Assembly: GCF_006345805.1 (NCBI RefSeq)
Contig: NC_043015.1
Span: 38,378,001 to 38,442,000, forward strand
Length of the DNA stretch: 64,000 bases
DNA from: Octopus sinensis
Lineage: Eukaryota
Reading direction: 5' to 3'
Part shown: in pieces, positions 10,901 through 24,492 of the stretch
How the letters are laid out: each line of letters starts with the position of its first letter
Numbering within the stretch: the stretch's first letter is position 1
Notes under the pieces: model-generated
The model's input: only the letters and a program-made list of their open reading frames with translations
The model's database searches: none
What the model was told of the DNA's origin: nothing
Position numbers and translations under genes: made by a program

Positions 10901-13696
10901 CAATTTTTTAGTGGTTGGGGGTTCGGAGTTAATACATCAACCCCAGTATGTGACTGGTACTTTATTTTATTGATCTGCAGACGGATGAAAGGCAAACTTG
11001 ATGTCTGTAAGATTTGAACTCACTTCATAAAGGAACTGCAAAACATACCACTAAGCATTTTACCCAACATACTAATTACAGGACTCAATACCTAAGTCCC
11101 TGTTAGCTTACTGCTGCTCTAAGAATAATAATAATAATAATGATTTCAAATTTTGCCACAAGGGCAGCAAGTTTGGGGAGGGGGGGTTGATTACATCAAC
11201 CCCAGTAGTTAACTGGTACTTATTTTATCGACCCTGAAACGATGAAAGGCAAAGTCGACCTCGGTGGAATTTAAACAGGTGAAATATTGCTAAGCATTTC
11301 GCCCAGCATGCTAACGATTCTGCCAGCTTGCCACTTTAATAATAATAATAATAGATACATATAGTTTCATCTTTGTTGGATGGAAGAATCAGCATCCATG
11401 ACATTGGCAAGTCTTCTGATGTGATGGTCATGACTATGTTGTTGACTTTCCTCTCTCCCTAGTTATTAAATGTTTGTCTTTCTCCCTTCAGATCACCTGG
11501 ATTTGGTTTGACCCTTGTAGCAGAGACAACAAAAGGGACCTTCCTAGCTGCTGAGGCTATTTCAAACCCTAAAGGATCAGACAAGGGACCATCTGTTGCT
11601 GAAGATGTCGGCAAAAAAGCAGCTTATTTATTATTGGAAGAAATATATCGGGTAAGTAGAGCCTGAATTTATTGATCCTGGGGGATGTGAGGGCTTTCAT
11701 TCTGGTCATTGAGACTGCTGATCAGCGGTCCTGAGTTCAAAGCTTACTTGGGTCACTCTTTTTTCTATGGTGTCCCTTTAATATTGTTTTGTTGAATGTC
11801 TCCCTGATTCCCATTACATTAGTTTCTGAAGCATTGTGTAAAGGAGAAACACACTTTCCCCTGGAGAGGATGCCAGACTAAACTTTACCTATAAAGACAA
11901 TATAAAGAACTGTGAACTGAAAGATAACAAAACACTCGTTAATTTCATAGTGTTGCCACTGCCTATCATTTGCGAACTATGCCCCTCACCGCTAGCCGGA
12001 ATGGTGGCAAACAAAACTATGAACTGCACCACAGTGGTACCTACATTCAGTCAAGTAGACTGGGCTCCCTAATCAGCTCAGCTCATTAAGCCCCCCCCCC
12101 CTCCACTTTTTACTTCAGAGTTCAGTGCTTAGTGACAGTAATGACATTTATTAATTTCCTGGTTGAGCGATTTGGTGTAATTGGGGACATTGCATAAATA
12201 ATTAAAGGATATCTTACTCTGTTTTCCATCATCACCATCCTCATCATTTAACATCCATTTTCCATACCTGTATGGGTTAGATGGCTATAGAGGAACTGGC
12301 AAGACCAGGAACTGCATCAGGTTCCACCATCCATCTCGGCTTGGTTTCTATGGCTCAATGCCCTTTCTAATGTCGACCACTTTGCAGAGTGGTCAAGATG
12401 ATTTATACATGGCACCATCGCCAGTGCTTTCACTCGGCACCATAACTAGTGTTCTTTTACATGGCACCAGCTTAGACTTGGTCACCAAGTACTTGTATCA
12501 AGAATAAAAACAATTTGATGTAAACAAAACTCTAGCAATTTCTTTTTTAAAACTTTTTCCTTTGCAGGGTGGCTGTGTAGATTCTCTTAACCAAAGTATG
12601 GCGGCATTATTTATGGTTCTTGGCTCTCAGGATGTGTCAAAACTTCAAATTGGACAACTCACTCCATACACGTAATGATGGAAATTTTTTCTTTTTTTCT
12701 TAACATCTATTATTCCGTTTTCTAATTGCTACAAAAACAATATCTCCACTCATAGACATTCTAAAATCTGTAAGTACATTTTAGTCTAGACTTTGCTAAT
12801 GAGGCCTAATGATACAGGAACATATAATGTTATTACCATAGCTACCAAAAATCGAACCCATTCTAGACTACATCTCTATTTAAATTTCAGAGTTGTCTCT
12901 CTTGCTTTACTTAGTAACCATTGTCATTAACACTAAATATGTTTTCTTGTCATTAACCCTGCTATGTCAGTTGATACCAAAATTATCTTTGCTCCAACTA
13001 CATTAAGCATGTTAATCCGTTTTGTGGCATATTCTTTGGCTAGTTTCATATTCTCACAATACTGCCAGCTGTTTACAGACACCCCATTATTTATCATTGA
13101 ATGCAACAGAAACAGATTTTGATGAAACACTGCTTCTGTTGCATTTATCATGATCGATGTCCTTGCTCCTTGCTGGAATAAAGGACACTGCTTGTATGAC
13201 AGGGATACTCGTTTACAACCACCACACAATGTTAAGACAGGAGATAATAGTGCATTCATCGACGTTCACATGTGACAGGCTTCTTTCAGTTTCCATCTAT
13301 CTCTTCCACTTTGATCAGCCTGGGCTATGAGTGAAGGCATCCAAAGTGCTACTGCATGGCACCTTGGCTAAGTTAGTACTGAGTACATGGTGCTCCAGCA
13401 TGGCCACAGTCTGTTGACTGAAACAACTAAAGGAGATATACACCATAGACATGCTTCCTCTTGTCTCTTCCGTTTATTCCAACCAAAAATATTTCAACAT
13501 TTTTTTATTTTTATTTTTTTCCTCAAGGATCGGCGTGATGAGATTAATCAGAGATTTCTTCAAAGTCTTGTTTAAAGTGGAAGAAGCAAAAGAGGAAGAC
13601 AGTTACGATGAAGAAGAATTAAAGACAGGTGACAAAAGGCTCTTATTGACCTGTGTTGGGGTCACTTACACAAATGTTAGCAAACCTATTTTATAG
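4960..13696 (+). CDS. RCL1: RNA 3'-terminal phosphate cyclase-like protein (18S rRNA processing), 9 exons, 379 aa
   Basis: Exons 4960-5092, 5623-5694, 6044-6219, 6941-7015, 8985-9109, 10387-10512, 11492-11651, 12568-12671, 13528-13696 total 1140 nt. All introns are GT-AG with consistent phases. Motifs include YEGCNFFRPRLVLSILSGKSVRI, RRGPAPDGGGE, SPGFGLTLVAET and EEIYRGGCVDS. Confidence 0.96.
5215..5450 (+). mobile_element. tRNA-head SINE family 'B' (representative partial copy)
   Basis: The shared body 'gtgagtggatttggtagacggaaactgaaagaagccc...gcggtgctccagcatggcc.cagtcaaatgactgaaac' recurs at roughly 6595-6750+, 8465-8630+, 10060-10310+, 21235-21365+, 21935-22190-, 24505-24790-, 38065-38380-, 40900-41245+, 45918-46255+ and 57440-57740+. 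Confidence 0.85.
7772..8156. repeat. ~150-bp inverted repeat in RCL1 intron 4, each arm carrying a hammerhead-like motif
   Basis: Arms 7772-7924 and 8005-8156 are reverse complements with a few mismatches. The ~80-bp spacer reads as a tRNA-like SINE head on the - strand. Confidence 0.9.
7817..7862 (-). ncRNA. Minimal type I hammerhead ribozyme motif (Penelope-type)
   Basis: Minus strand reads GACAC-CUGAUGA-aGGCUG..CAGCU-GAAA-CG-UU-GUGUU. Stem I is GACAC/GUGUU, stem II is GGCUG/CAGCU, and stem III is reduced to the palindrome ACGU. Confidence 0.7.
9110..10386 (+). other. U12-type (minor spliceosome) GT-AG intron 5 of RCL1
   Basis: 5' splice site GTATCCTTTC at 9110 and branch point TCCTTAAC at 10370-10377, 9 nt before the intron end (CAG at 10384-10386). 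There is no polypyrimidine tract. Splicing here restores the frame (…RGIA/WCAKVSP…). Confidence 0.92.
9363..9670 (-). mobile_element. SINE/short retroposon family 'C' with a (GAT)n tail (representative copy)
   Basis: The shared 'catcatcgtttaacgtc..ttccatgctagcatgggttggac...tacagctggatgcccttcctaa.gccaaccactcc' recurs at roughly 9760-9950, 12240-12480, 27980-28280, 31270-32100, 48200-48470, 48485-48680 and 57980-58135. Opposite-orientation copies lie at 32830-33085 and 53190-53645. Confidence 0.8.
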
Positions 13697-16599
13697 AAAG
13701 CATATTTTTATAAATTAAACCATGAAAAAAACTATCCACAGTGTTTTGTTGTTATTTGAGGACAGCGGGATTAGATCAGGGCACCTGGGTAGAAGACACT
13801 TGGATGGGTAGGACTTGAAGGTGGCAGGGTTGGTGCTGTTGTTGTTAAGCAACAAGACGGGTAAGGGTGATTAGGTGATGGTCTAGGGCTTAGGGGTGAG
13901 AGACCCCAGACCTTGGAAAAAAACAAAAAAAACTTTGGTTGTCTTGTTGTAGTCGAGGGCTCTTCATTGATGCCCGACACCACTGGGAGGTGGCCCTTAA
14001 AGTCGCTGGAAATGGAGATCTCCAGGTCCAAATTCTTGGACGGGACAGGGTTAGTGCAGAGCCCCTTGGTGATTTGTCATTGAGAGTGGCACAGTCAGTT
14101 GAGGGCTTCGGATGGTTGTCACTTGAAGGTGGTGGGTTGGTTCAGTAGAGATTGTCTGAGCAGTTAGTACTTGAAGGTGACACGATCAGTAGAGGACATT
14201 TGGGTGGTTGGTTCGTTCTCGATGGTGACTGAATCGGTTGAGGGCATCTGAATAGTTTGTACTTGGGAATAGGCGGCTCTTGTATTCGATCTGGCTGAAA
14301 CCACTGGCATAGCTAGAGTGTGTGCAACCCTTCCATTTTCCACTCTCTAATACAACAAAAACACACAAAGCCTACAGCAGACCCAAAGGTGGTGCCTGAG
14401 GCAGACACTCCACCCCATGCCCATGCCTCTATAACAATCGAATCAATATTTCTTTAAAAATAAGAAATTTTAATTCAGATAATTTCCATTTATTTTCTGA
14501 AATGTTTCATCATCATAATCACAGGAAATAATGATGGGGGCTGTTTTTCTTTATTATTTTACAAAATTTTATTGGTATGGGTGGATGTTTTCGAATTTAA
14601 ATAAATATCTTGGAAATTTAATTCAAAGGTTTGGAGGTGGGGGGAAAAAAAAGCAAAGCTAATAATTTAAGGTTTGAATTTTATGGTTTGGTAATTTAGT
14701 GAGAGTCTCCTTAAATTCGTCAATATTTGTAATTTTAATACATTTAGCTTCTGTTGGGGACAGTGCACAGTTGCAGGTCAACATGGTATGGGCAGACTGA
14801 ATGACTTGCCCTACCGTTGGGTCACCTGATGCTTCAGGGTTAGTTTCCACACTTGACGATGCATCATTCTTTTTGTTGTTCTTCTTAATTGATTTCTTGC
14901 CAATAACCTGTAAGTGCAGAGAGAGAGACTGAGTCGTCTTTATAATTGCAGTAACCAACAGGGAGGTGGTGGCTGTGGGATGGAGTTGAACCTTAGGACT
15001 CAGAACTGGTTTCTCAGTTTCTGTGGTGCACAAGGGACTGAGATTTTGACCTTCTCTGCTGGACAGAATGTCATACAGCTGAGTGGACTGGAGTAATGTG
15101 AAATGAAGTGTTTAGCTCAAGAAAACAATGTACTGCCCATTTCAGGAATTGAAACCCTGATCTTGCAATCATCAGTGCAACACCCAAACCACTGGGCCAC
15201 GCACCTTCATAAAGTTAAATAATGGAAACGAGAATTTACTGATCGAGTGAAGAGATGCAACAAGAGGCTGCTTGTTTGGTGATGGCCTGCAGTAACCAAT
15301 GGCAACAGATTAGCAGTCGGGTGTAGAGAGCTGCAGTAACCAATGGCAACGGCTGGGTGGAGTAGAAGAGGGGAACGAGTGATTAACTTACCTGCAGACT
15401 GACCACTCTGCATTCATTGAGGCGAGAGAAATGGTGAGAAAGAGTAAACAATGCTTAACTTTTTAGCATTCAGATTCCTTTACCAAATGTAATCCTTTAA
15501 TTATTGTTTTGAATTAATCGTGTATTATCTCTAAGTTTTGAGATTTTGATAATGTGACTGTTTATTTTTATAATGGCATTGTAGGGTAGGTGTGAGAGGC
15601 TGGATCTGGTTGGTTTCAGCATAAAAAAATTAAAACAAATAGGATGTTTAGGTTAGATGTGGCTGGTTTAAATGTTGAAGAGTTAAGGTCAGAAAGGATT
15701 ACAAAAAAAGAAAGAGAGAGAAAAGGGAGTGAGTTTTGGAGTTGAAGGACAGACTGGAAATAATGCTACCATTTCATACAAAAAAACAGTGTCACATGTT
15801 TGCAATGTTGCCTCAAAACATGTCTGACCGTTGAGTTGTTCTTGTTTGAAGGACTTAAGAGAAATATTACCTTATTTGGAAATAGGTAAGTGTGGGTGAC
15901 AGGAAGAGCATCCAGTGATGATGATGATGACTGATGGATTCTGTCAGCTTCAAAGATAAATATTGCAGTTGTACAATCAACACGAAAAATTGTGATTGAA
16001 GTGGCTGAGTACTCCACAGACACATGTAGTTTCAATGTAATGCTCAGGTAGAATCAGTATGGCTCAGTGTATGACTAGGCTGTACTACATGAAATACAAA
16101 CACCATCCATTTGATAGGCTTCTCTACAGTTTCCATCTACCCAAGGCGTGGGTCAATCTGAAGTAGTAAAAAAACAGTCGACCAAAATGTTGCACAGTGA
16201 AATTGAACACTGGACCTCGTGATTCCAAAGCAAACCTTTTAACTTCTTGGCTCCACTGGCATCTGAGATTGGTTTGGCAAAATTATTGAAGTATTGGAGA
16301 AAATGCCTTGTTGTGTTTAGTTACAGCTCTTTATGTTCCGAGTTCACATCCCTCCCGAGTCAGCTTCACCTTTCTTACCTTACAGCGTTGATATCATAAG
16401 GTACCAGTGAAATACTGGGCTCAATTAGATTGACAATATCCTCTCCTTTCATAAAACTTGTGTCCTCACAAAGCTATCAAGCATTTTAGGGGAAGTAACT
16501 AGAAGACATTTTTCATGAATTATCTCCCCCTCAGTCAAACTCTTCTGCTGAAATAGTCACTTTATATGCATTTTAGGAAGATTTCCTGGTTAATCTTAG

Positions 16600-19285
16600 C
16601 TCCTGCTACCGTCTCGTATCTTCTGATGGCGTCTTCTACCCGAGGTAGCTACCCTTCATCAAACACGGTGATAGTTACGTCATCCGTATATGCTGTCACA
16701 CTTCTTCCGTAACACAGATCACATGGGTCCACCCCCGTGTCCCTCAGCCTCCGCAGTAGTAGCTCAAGAGCCAACACATTACAGTAGCGGGGACAGAGAG
16801 CAGCCCTGGCGAACCGAACGCTCGATCGCAAAGGGGTTCGAAAGAAACCATTCGCCCGGACTACGGATTCGATGTTGCTATACATGGCGATGATCCAGCT
16901 CCGGAAGGTCGGGCCCAATCCGACCGCCACCAGATACTCGTGGTTCACCCTATCGAACGCCTTAGACTGGTCTAAATCCATCAGTGCTCCACCTTTGCCA
17001 GGAATTTTACCTACCCGCTCTATGGTGTAGCGAATGAGGTGAAGGTTGCCGTGTATCGTCCTTCCTGGGATGGCACATGTCTGTGCCTCTCCCACCAGGC
17101 CGCCCACGACAATCCTCACTCTCTTAGCCAACACCTTGGCCAAAATCTTTAACTCTGTGTTTAGCAGAGTTATGGGCCGGAAGTTATCAATATTATCCCC
17201 CTTGCTCAGGTGTTTTCTGATCAGTGTCACCACTCCTCGGCTCACAGGTTTGGGAATTCTCCCATTCTGCTGCCAATTCATGTACACACTGGCCAGTTCG
17301 TTCCCGAACAAGTCTGGCATACTTTTATAAAATTCGTAAGGTAGACCATCCAGTCCCGGAGACTTGTCCCCGGGGCACTCGGAAAGCCCCTCTATGACTT
17401 CCTTGGCTGTGATCTGTCCTTCACAGCGCTCAGCATCGCCTGCCGAATGACGCGGGCCGCCGGCCGGGAAACGCTGTAAGGCATCCCCATGGTCCACCGT
17501 CCCGTCCCTCCCGAACAACACGGCGAAGTGCACGTGAAAGGCCTCGCATATCTCTTCCTGTCCTTGGATCTCCTGTCCGTGCACATTTACCACAGACCCA
17601 ATTGTAACATCTATGCCAGGTCGGGTTTCTTCCGGGCGAGCCCATCCAGCAACATTGATACCTTCACGGCCCATTGCACGAATTCAAGCTCGGACTCTGC
17701 ATCCCTCGTGCTTGGCATTGAGGTATCGGTCCAGGACCGATCTCGCCGCCAACACTTGTGACGCTGAGCCCGTTCCCAATACCTCTTCTAATGCCTTAAC
17801 TAATTTCCTTTCTACTCTAATCTGCTCTAGACTTAACTGTTTGCTAAATCCAACAGACTCGATACGAAAGGCTCTTTTGAGCGCACTCCACCACCGGTTG
17901 TTGATCACCGCGCCGGTTAGTGTCCTCTTAACTAACACCTTAATCTGGCTATGGAAAGCTTCGCAAGCCAATAGTGTCTTGTTCAGCTTCCAATAGCCAG
18001 ATCCCTGTCTATGAACCTTATCTATGTACACCCTACACGTCACTAATTTGTGATCCGTGTAAGGTACATAGGTAAACTGTGGACAACTAACATTAGACCT
18101 ATCTCTTGTATTAACTATTATCCTATCTATATAAGACCTGATTGGTCCGTCGTGATTAATCTACGTCCACATTGGCACGCTCGGATTAACAAGTCTGAAT
18201 CGATCTGCCCGCCGAAATAGCTTCAGCTGATCGACGAGGTGTGAGTCACATTTCCTATCGTTCGAGCCAACGCTATCCAGGCGTGCATCAAGAATAGCAT
18301 TAAAGTCACCTAACACAACTAAAGTCTTTGACGTCACTAGGAAAATCTCCAGAAGTTGGTAGAACTCATTCTGTTTGGCTGTTGTGATAGGCGCGTAAAT
18401 GCCAACCAGCCTGAAGGCCTTACCTCTGTATGTCAGATCCAGAACCAAAGAAGGAGGAAATTATGGTAATTGAGTAGAAAGCGCAAAATAAATATTTAGA
18501 TGAGGTTTTAACGTCTGGAGAATTTCCTAGTGACGTCGAAGACTTTACTCCTTTTCCTTTTTCCCTTCTTAGGGGAGCCTGTTAATTCCTCTGCATTCTC
18601 TACAGTTTTGACTATTTTAGTTTTGGGAGTCACCTCTTAGTCTTCGATGGCGACTCTATTTTTTGACGGCGTTTACGTGACACCGTCTGGAAGTCCATTT
18701 CTACTTCCGACGGTGTCACGGTTATTTCATTTTCCGCAGATGCCCTCTCAGCCTCCTTGGCTAGGGGCGCCTCTTTGTATTAGAAGGGGTAGACACCCTC
18801 TGTGTAGCCGCCTCCTTGGCGGTGGAGGATGTCTCCTCCTCTTTGCTGGTTACCTTGGCGGCCTCTCTTGTAATGGCCTTCTTGGCTGGGGGCGCCGATG
18901 TATTAGTGTTTGCCGACGACCTCTGCATAACAGCCTCCTTGGCTGGGGGTGCCGGCGTTTTTTTTTTCCTTGGTAGAGGCGGTCGCCCTCTGGGTAATAG
19001 CCTTCTCAGCTGGGGCGCCGCCTCTTCATTGTTCTTTTCCTTACTCGTTGGGCATTTGGACCTTACATGCCCCTTCTTCCCGCACTCGTAGCAACGGGGT
19101 CTTCTTCCCTCTACATTTACCGTCAAAACTGTCTCCCCCCCCCAATATGTATGGTCTCGGGGAGGTTTTCTAAATCTTCAAGTGAAGCTTGGGCCGGGAT
19201 CTCCAGAGTTTGGCCAGATTTATTAATCCTTTTCTACATGGCCACCACCAATGGTGACACACTTCTCCCATCAATTTATACACCG
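16600..19285 (-). mobile_element. Degenerate Tx1/L1-clade LINE (ORF1 zinc knuckle, APE endonuclease and RT)
   Basis: ORF1 has CYECGKKGHVRSKC (CX2CX4HX4C). The APE region has 'VVLGDFNAILD' and 'GSGYWKLN'. The RT region has 'KSPGLDGLPYEFY', 'NFRPITLLNTELKILAK', 'DLDQSKAFDRV' and 'AYTDDVT'. Stops and frameshifts are present, with an internal deletion near 18450. Confidence 0.92.
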
Positions 19286-19390
19286 TGAGGAACTTGCTTG
19301 CAGAAGTCGGTAGGTTGCGTCTGGGGCCAAGACTTTACCTCAGAAATAAGTTTATCATCATACGAAAAGCGCTTCTCCTTCACAAAAACT

Positions 19391-20416
19391 TTATAGTTGG
19401 AAGTTAAATGGTGTGGGGTCAGGAGAGTAAGGGAGATGAGGAAGGAATTCAAAGCCGCAGGAGTGTGCTTTCATTTGGGCAACATGTGCATTGTGAACTG
19501 GGGTGCTGTCTTGGAGGAGGCGGGCTCCTTTGCTCAGCATGCCACGCTTCTCTGCTTTGATGGTGTCCTGCAACTTCTGCAGCAGAGAAGCATGATATAC
19601 CCCATTAATTGTGGTGCCCTTTGCCAGAAAATCCATCATCACTACTCCGCGTTGGTCCCAAAAAACTGTGAACATCACCTTGCCTGCTGAGGGTTGGACA
19701 AGAGCCTTCTTAGGAGGTGGTGAGTTATGCTTCCATTGCTTCGACTAGACTTTAGTCTCAGGACCCTAGTGAGGGCCCCTGTTTCATCCTCTGTGATAAT
19801 CCCTTCGAAAAATCTTCCTCGTTTTCTTGGCACATTGCCAAAAGAGCCTGGGGGCAATTGACTCCTTTCTGTTTCCGAAAAGGTGCGAGCGTCCGGAAAA
19901 TCCATGGTACAGACAGCTTCCGCAAGTGCAAATGGTCGTGAATGATTTTTTTCCATGGACCCTACACTTATCTTCACTTCTGGGGCTACTTGCCGAATAG
20001 TTATACAGCGAGCCTTCAAAATGGCGGCTTCCACTTTATGGACGGCGTCGTCATCAATGGCGGAATGCCGTCGTCCAGCAGTAGGAATGGTTTCCACCGA
20101 TGTCCGACCACATTTGAACTGGCGATACCAGTGCTTCACTACGTCGTATGATGCTACGTCGTCACCATAAACTTCTTTCAGCTCATCAAAACTCTCTTTT
20201 GGTGTGCAACCTTTTAAAGATAAGAACCTGATCATTGATCTGCGTTCAACTGCCTCCATTAAAACACCTAAGTCCACCTCAGCAGCCGTAAAAGACAAAA
20301 CGAATACTAGTGAAAAGCTGAAATTTACAATACACCACATACGGTAATACCCGTACAAGTTCGGTTTCCTGTAATAACCGGAAGTGTCCCAGAGAAAATT
20401 TTAATGTATACCCCGC
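19391..20416 (-). mobile_element. Degenerate mariner (Tc1/mariner DD34D-type) transposon
   Basis: N-terminal HTH 'RSMIRFLSLKGCTPKE..VYGDDVASYDVVKHWYRQFKCGRTSVE', catalytic 'IITEDET', 'MFTVFWDQRGVV' and 'HLPYSPDPTPFNFQL' (YSPDLAP motif). The reading frame is broken. Confidence 0.92.
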
Positions 20417-20674
20417 ATGCATGCAGCGAACTTTGAAAGGGAATTGGTTAAATTTTTTTTCAGAAAATTATTTCCTTCGTAAATTCCTGCACAATTTGTA
20501 GTATACATATATAGACTAAGGTAAGCGGACTTTCCATCGTTTTTATAAATGCTTTTCTTACATATAACTTTAATTAATTTTTAATGATTTGACTTCAATT
20601 TTGTATCATTTTATCTTCAATTATTTTTACACTTTTTTAACCCTCCCGTCGTTATTCTCATTCATTCGTTATTA

Positions 20675-20714
<40 letters not shown>

Positions 20715-21716
20715 ATCTTTATAGAAATAGATACATATATTATATATATACATATATAATATATGTATCTATCTATTGTATAATATGTGTATCCATATGA
20801 AACAAAATTGAAGCTAAAACATTAAAAATTATTGAAAGTGGGTAGAAATAAACACCACGTTGTGTAGTAGTAGTAGTAGTAGTAGTAGTACTAAGCTAGG
20901 GTATCTGTAGGAAGTTGAACGTGATTTTGGAATATAATGAGGAATAAATTCGGATTTGGGGAATGTTCTCAAGTCCTCTCTCCACCCTCCCGTTGCTTTG
21001 CGCGCATTTTTTAAATATTTTTAATATTCGTTTCCTACACATTTTTTTTTACTCTATTTTTTTTCTGATTTTCGTTTCTGGGTCAAGTTTTAAACATTAA
21101 CTGAAAAAATTATGGAGTGTAATTTGACTTCGCTCCTCCTCTGTAATTTTTCTGTTTTGACGTTTTTATTGAAGTTTTCAAATAAAAATTTTAATCTTTT
21201 CATCAGTATTTTCATCCCCGTCAATTAGCGGTTCGGCAAAAAGAGACCGATAGAAGAAGTACTGGGCTTACAAAAGAATAAGTCCCAGGGTCGATTTGCT
21301 CGACTAAAGGCGGTGCTCCAGCATGGCCGCAGTCAAATGACTGAAACGAGTAAAAGAGTAAAGAGAGAGAGTATTTTTTTTCTTTTTTGGTCTCACCATT
21401 CTGTAACTTTTTTAAGAATATTTATTCAATTATGTATCCTATTAAATTCAGAAATATAGGCAGACATCGAAAATAGGTAACACCGAGTTAGAATTTCTTC
21501 ATTTTGACGTTTTTTACCCCACGCCCGTCTTCCCCTCTCCAGACCGATTTCGTGGGCATTGCGCGTGATGAATTTTTGGGATCACTACGCACATAAAAAC
21601 TATAGGAGAAGCCCTTTCGGTTAAAAAAAAAAAAATGTAAGTAGTTTCAGGCAAAAAGGTGTGTGATTTAAACCTTACCATGACCGAAGGGAACGACTCC
21701 CTTTTGTACCCCACCT

Positions 21717-21755
<39 letters not shown>

Positions 21756-22494
21756 CAGAAATCCCCGTTTTCGGGTACGGAGATTACAAATCTGAAAGAG
21801 AAAAATTGGCAAAAATCGGCATTTCAAAATTTCAATTTCCTCCCCTCCCCTTACCCCAATTTCTTCATTTTTGACTTTTTTCAGAATTTTTTTTTTTTTT
21901 GCAAAATATGTGGAAAAAAAATGGAGATTATTATTTACTCTTTTACTTGTTTCAGTCATTTGACTGTGGCCATGCTGGAGCACCGCCTTTAGTCGAGCAA
22001 ATCGACCCCAGGACTTATTCTTTGTAAGCCAAGTACTTATTCTATCGGTCTCTTTTGCCGAACCGCTAGGTTACGGGGACGTAAACACACCAGCATCGGT
22101 TGTCAAGCGATGTTGGGGTGACAAACGCAGACACACAAACACACATATATACATATACACGACGGGCTTCTTTCAGTTTCTGTCTACCAAAGTCCTCTCG
22201 CCACCCCCTTGGGAAAAATCTTCCTTCACCTGCACATAAAAAATATTCATGTGGTCCCTATTCAGCCTTCCTGCCCATGCTGGTAGGAAAAGTGCAAGTA
22301 AACTTATGATAATGAGAGTGGATGAATCAGAGTGGGGAGAACAGGATAGCCACGACTGGAATGTCTCATGGTAAGTCTCCTTAATTAGAACAGATTTGGG
22401 GGTTAAAGGTCAAAAAGTCTCAGTTGAATCCCTGTGAATATCTGTTATGGAGATGGAGGAGACGGGTGGTGACAATGACTCTGTCCAATCTTAT

Positions 22495-22940
22495 TTCTTT
22501 ACTACCCACAAGGGGCTAAACACAGAGGGGACACACAAGGACAGACAAACGGATTAAGTCGATTATATCGACCCCAATGCATAACTGGTACTTATTTAAT
22601 CGACCCCGAAAGGATGAAAGGCAAAGTCGACCTTGGCGGAATTTGAACTCAGAACATAAAGACAGACGAAATACGTATTTCTTTACTACCCACAAGGGGC
22701 TAAACACAGAGGGGACAAACAAAGACAGACAAACGGATTAAGTTGATTACATCGACCCCAGTGCGTAACTGCTACTTATTTAATCGATCCCGAGAGGATA
22801 ACTGGTAAACGGCGGAATTTGAACTCAGAACATAAAGACAAACGAAATACCACAAAGCATTTCGCCCGGCATGCTAACAAAGCATTTCGCCCGGCAGAAC
22901 ATAAAGACAGACGAAATACCACAAAGCATTTCGCCCGGCT
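22495..22940 (-). mobile_element. Tandem partial copies of SINE family 'A'
   Basis: Two head-to-tail ~180-200 bp copies each start 'tatttctttactacccacaaggggctaaacacagagggg'. A further short repeat of 'aagcatttcgcccggc' follows. Confidence 0.8.
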
Positions 22941-24433
22941 CACTGTCTTCATTGTTAATGTCTTTTCTGTTAATGTAAATATTTCACAATTGCTTTTAAT
23001 TATGAAGGAGAAAACGAAGGTAAAACTTTACTCTTTCTTCTCTCTCTCTTTCTCATCCTTCTACTTCTGCTCTTGTCTTCGTCTTCAAAACAGGATGTCT
23101 GTGTCAGTTGCTGCCAAAAATATTTTTCCAGTAATAGGCGAGAGTCCTCACTGGGAAGAAAGTTCCAAATCCCTTCTATTCATTGATATAGTAACTGCAG
23201 GTTACTACAGATGGAATTCCCTGGATGGAACATGTGAGGAAATCCACGCTGGTACGTAACTCGGATCTTTTGGTTTGTTTCATTCAATATTTCTCTCTAC
23301 CTCATTTCCTCTCGTTCACTTCTCTCCAGATGGTACCCCTTTTTTTGGCCCTTATTTACTTATCGTGGGGTACTTCTTGTTCTCTTTATGTCATTGTGCA
23401 TCAACAGCAAAGTGCAAATGTGTCGAGCAAAGACTTGGGCAGAATTGTAGTTTGCAAGAGAGAAGGCTGCACTGTTGTGGACATGTGATATGTATGAGGA
23501 TGGCTGTATGAAGAAGTTCTGATTGCTTAATGTGTGGATGGAGTTTGGAGTTTGCAGAAGACAGAGATCCAGGAAGACATGGGATGAAGTGGTGTAAGCT
23601 AGTCTCAGGACTTAGAACCTTCCATAGATGACAAAAGATTGGTATGACTAGCATTATGCAGTTCCGAAGAAGGCCTATGAAAATGAGGTTCTGGAAGTGC
23701 AGTGTGTGTGTAGAGAGATAGAGAAATTCAAAGAATTGCTTTGATCCAGTGGTAGAATGCCTGTCATGTCTATAGGTAATGAGGGTTTGAGTCCTAGACA
23801 TGCCTTCCATTTTTGTCTCCAGAAGAGTTATTCAACTCGATATTTACCTGCCTTTACACACACATAAAACTTTATGAGTGTGCTTTGAGATGTTCCCAAA
23901 AAGTATTTCACATTCTTTTGAAAATTTACAAAAATTCTCATAACATCAGCAATATATATTTATACTGACACACACACAAGCGCAAACACACACACACACT
24001 CCCTCTCTCTTATGAAGTCTTTATATTTTCTATTCCCCAGACAGTGGTTTGGCTGGTTTCATCATCCCTCGCCAGAGTGGAGGTTACCTTCTATCAAATA
24101 AGGCCAGAATATTACATTTGGATTTTGCCAGTCGCAAACTGGAACCCTTCCTGACGATCCAGCCTGATGAATTAGATCTCCATCTTAACGATGCTAAGTG
24201 TGACAGCAAAGGAAGACTGGGCAGGTAAGATGATGTCACTGACTCACTCTCTCAATTGTTGGTAGCAACATAAACCTACATAGATCATCATCATCATCAT
24301 CTTCATCATCCATTACCGTACATTTTCCATGTTGGCATGGGTTAGTTGTTCTGTCATACGGATAAAGAGATTGACTTACAGATAGACACTCACACACACC
24401 TCTATCTATCTAACTATCCCTCTCTCTCTCTCC

Positions 24434-24492
<59 letters not shown>

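Noticed and set aside
16649-17674. 341-aa RT ORF as a domesticated or host gene, or a bacterial-type retron
   Set aside because: It is part of a broken Tx1/L1 ORF2 with adjacent APE and ORF1 remnants and frameshifts.
19391-20358. SETMAR-like host gene
   Set aside because: There is no SET domain and the transposase is frameshifted, so it is an ordinary mariner fossil.
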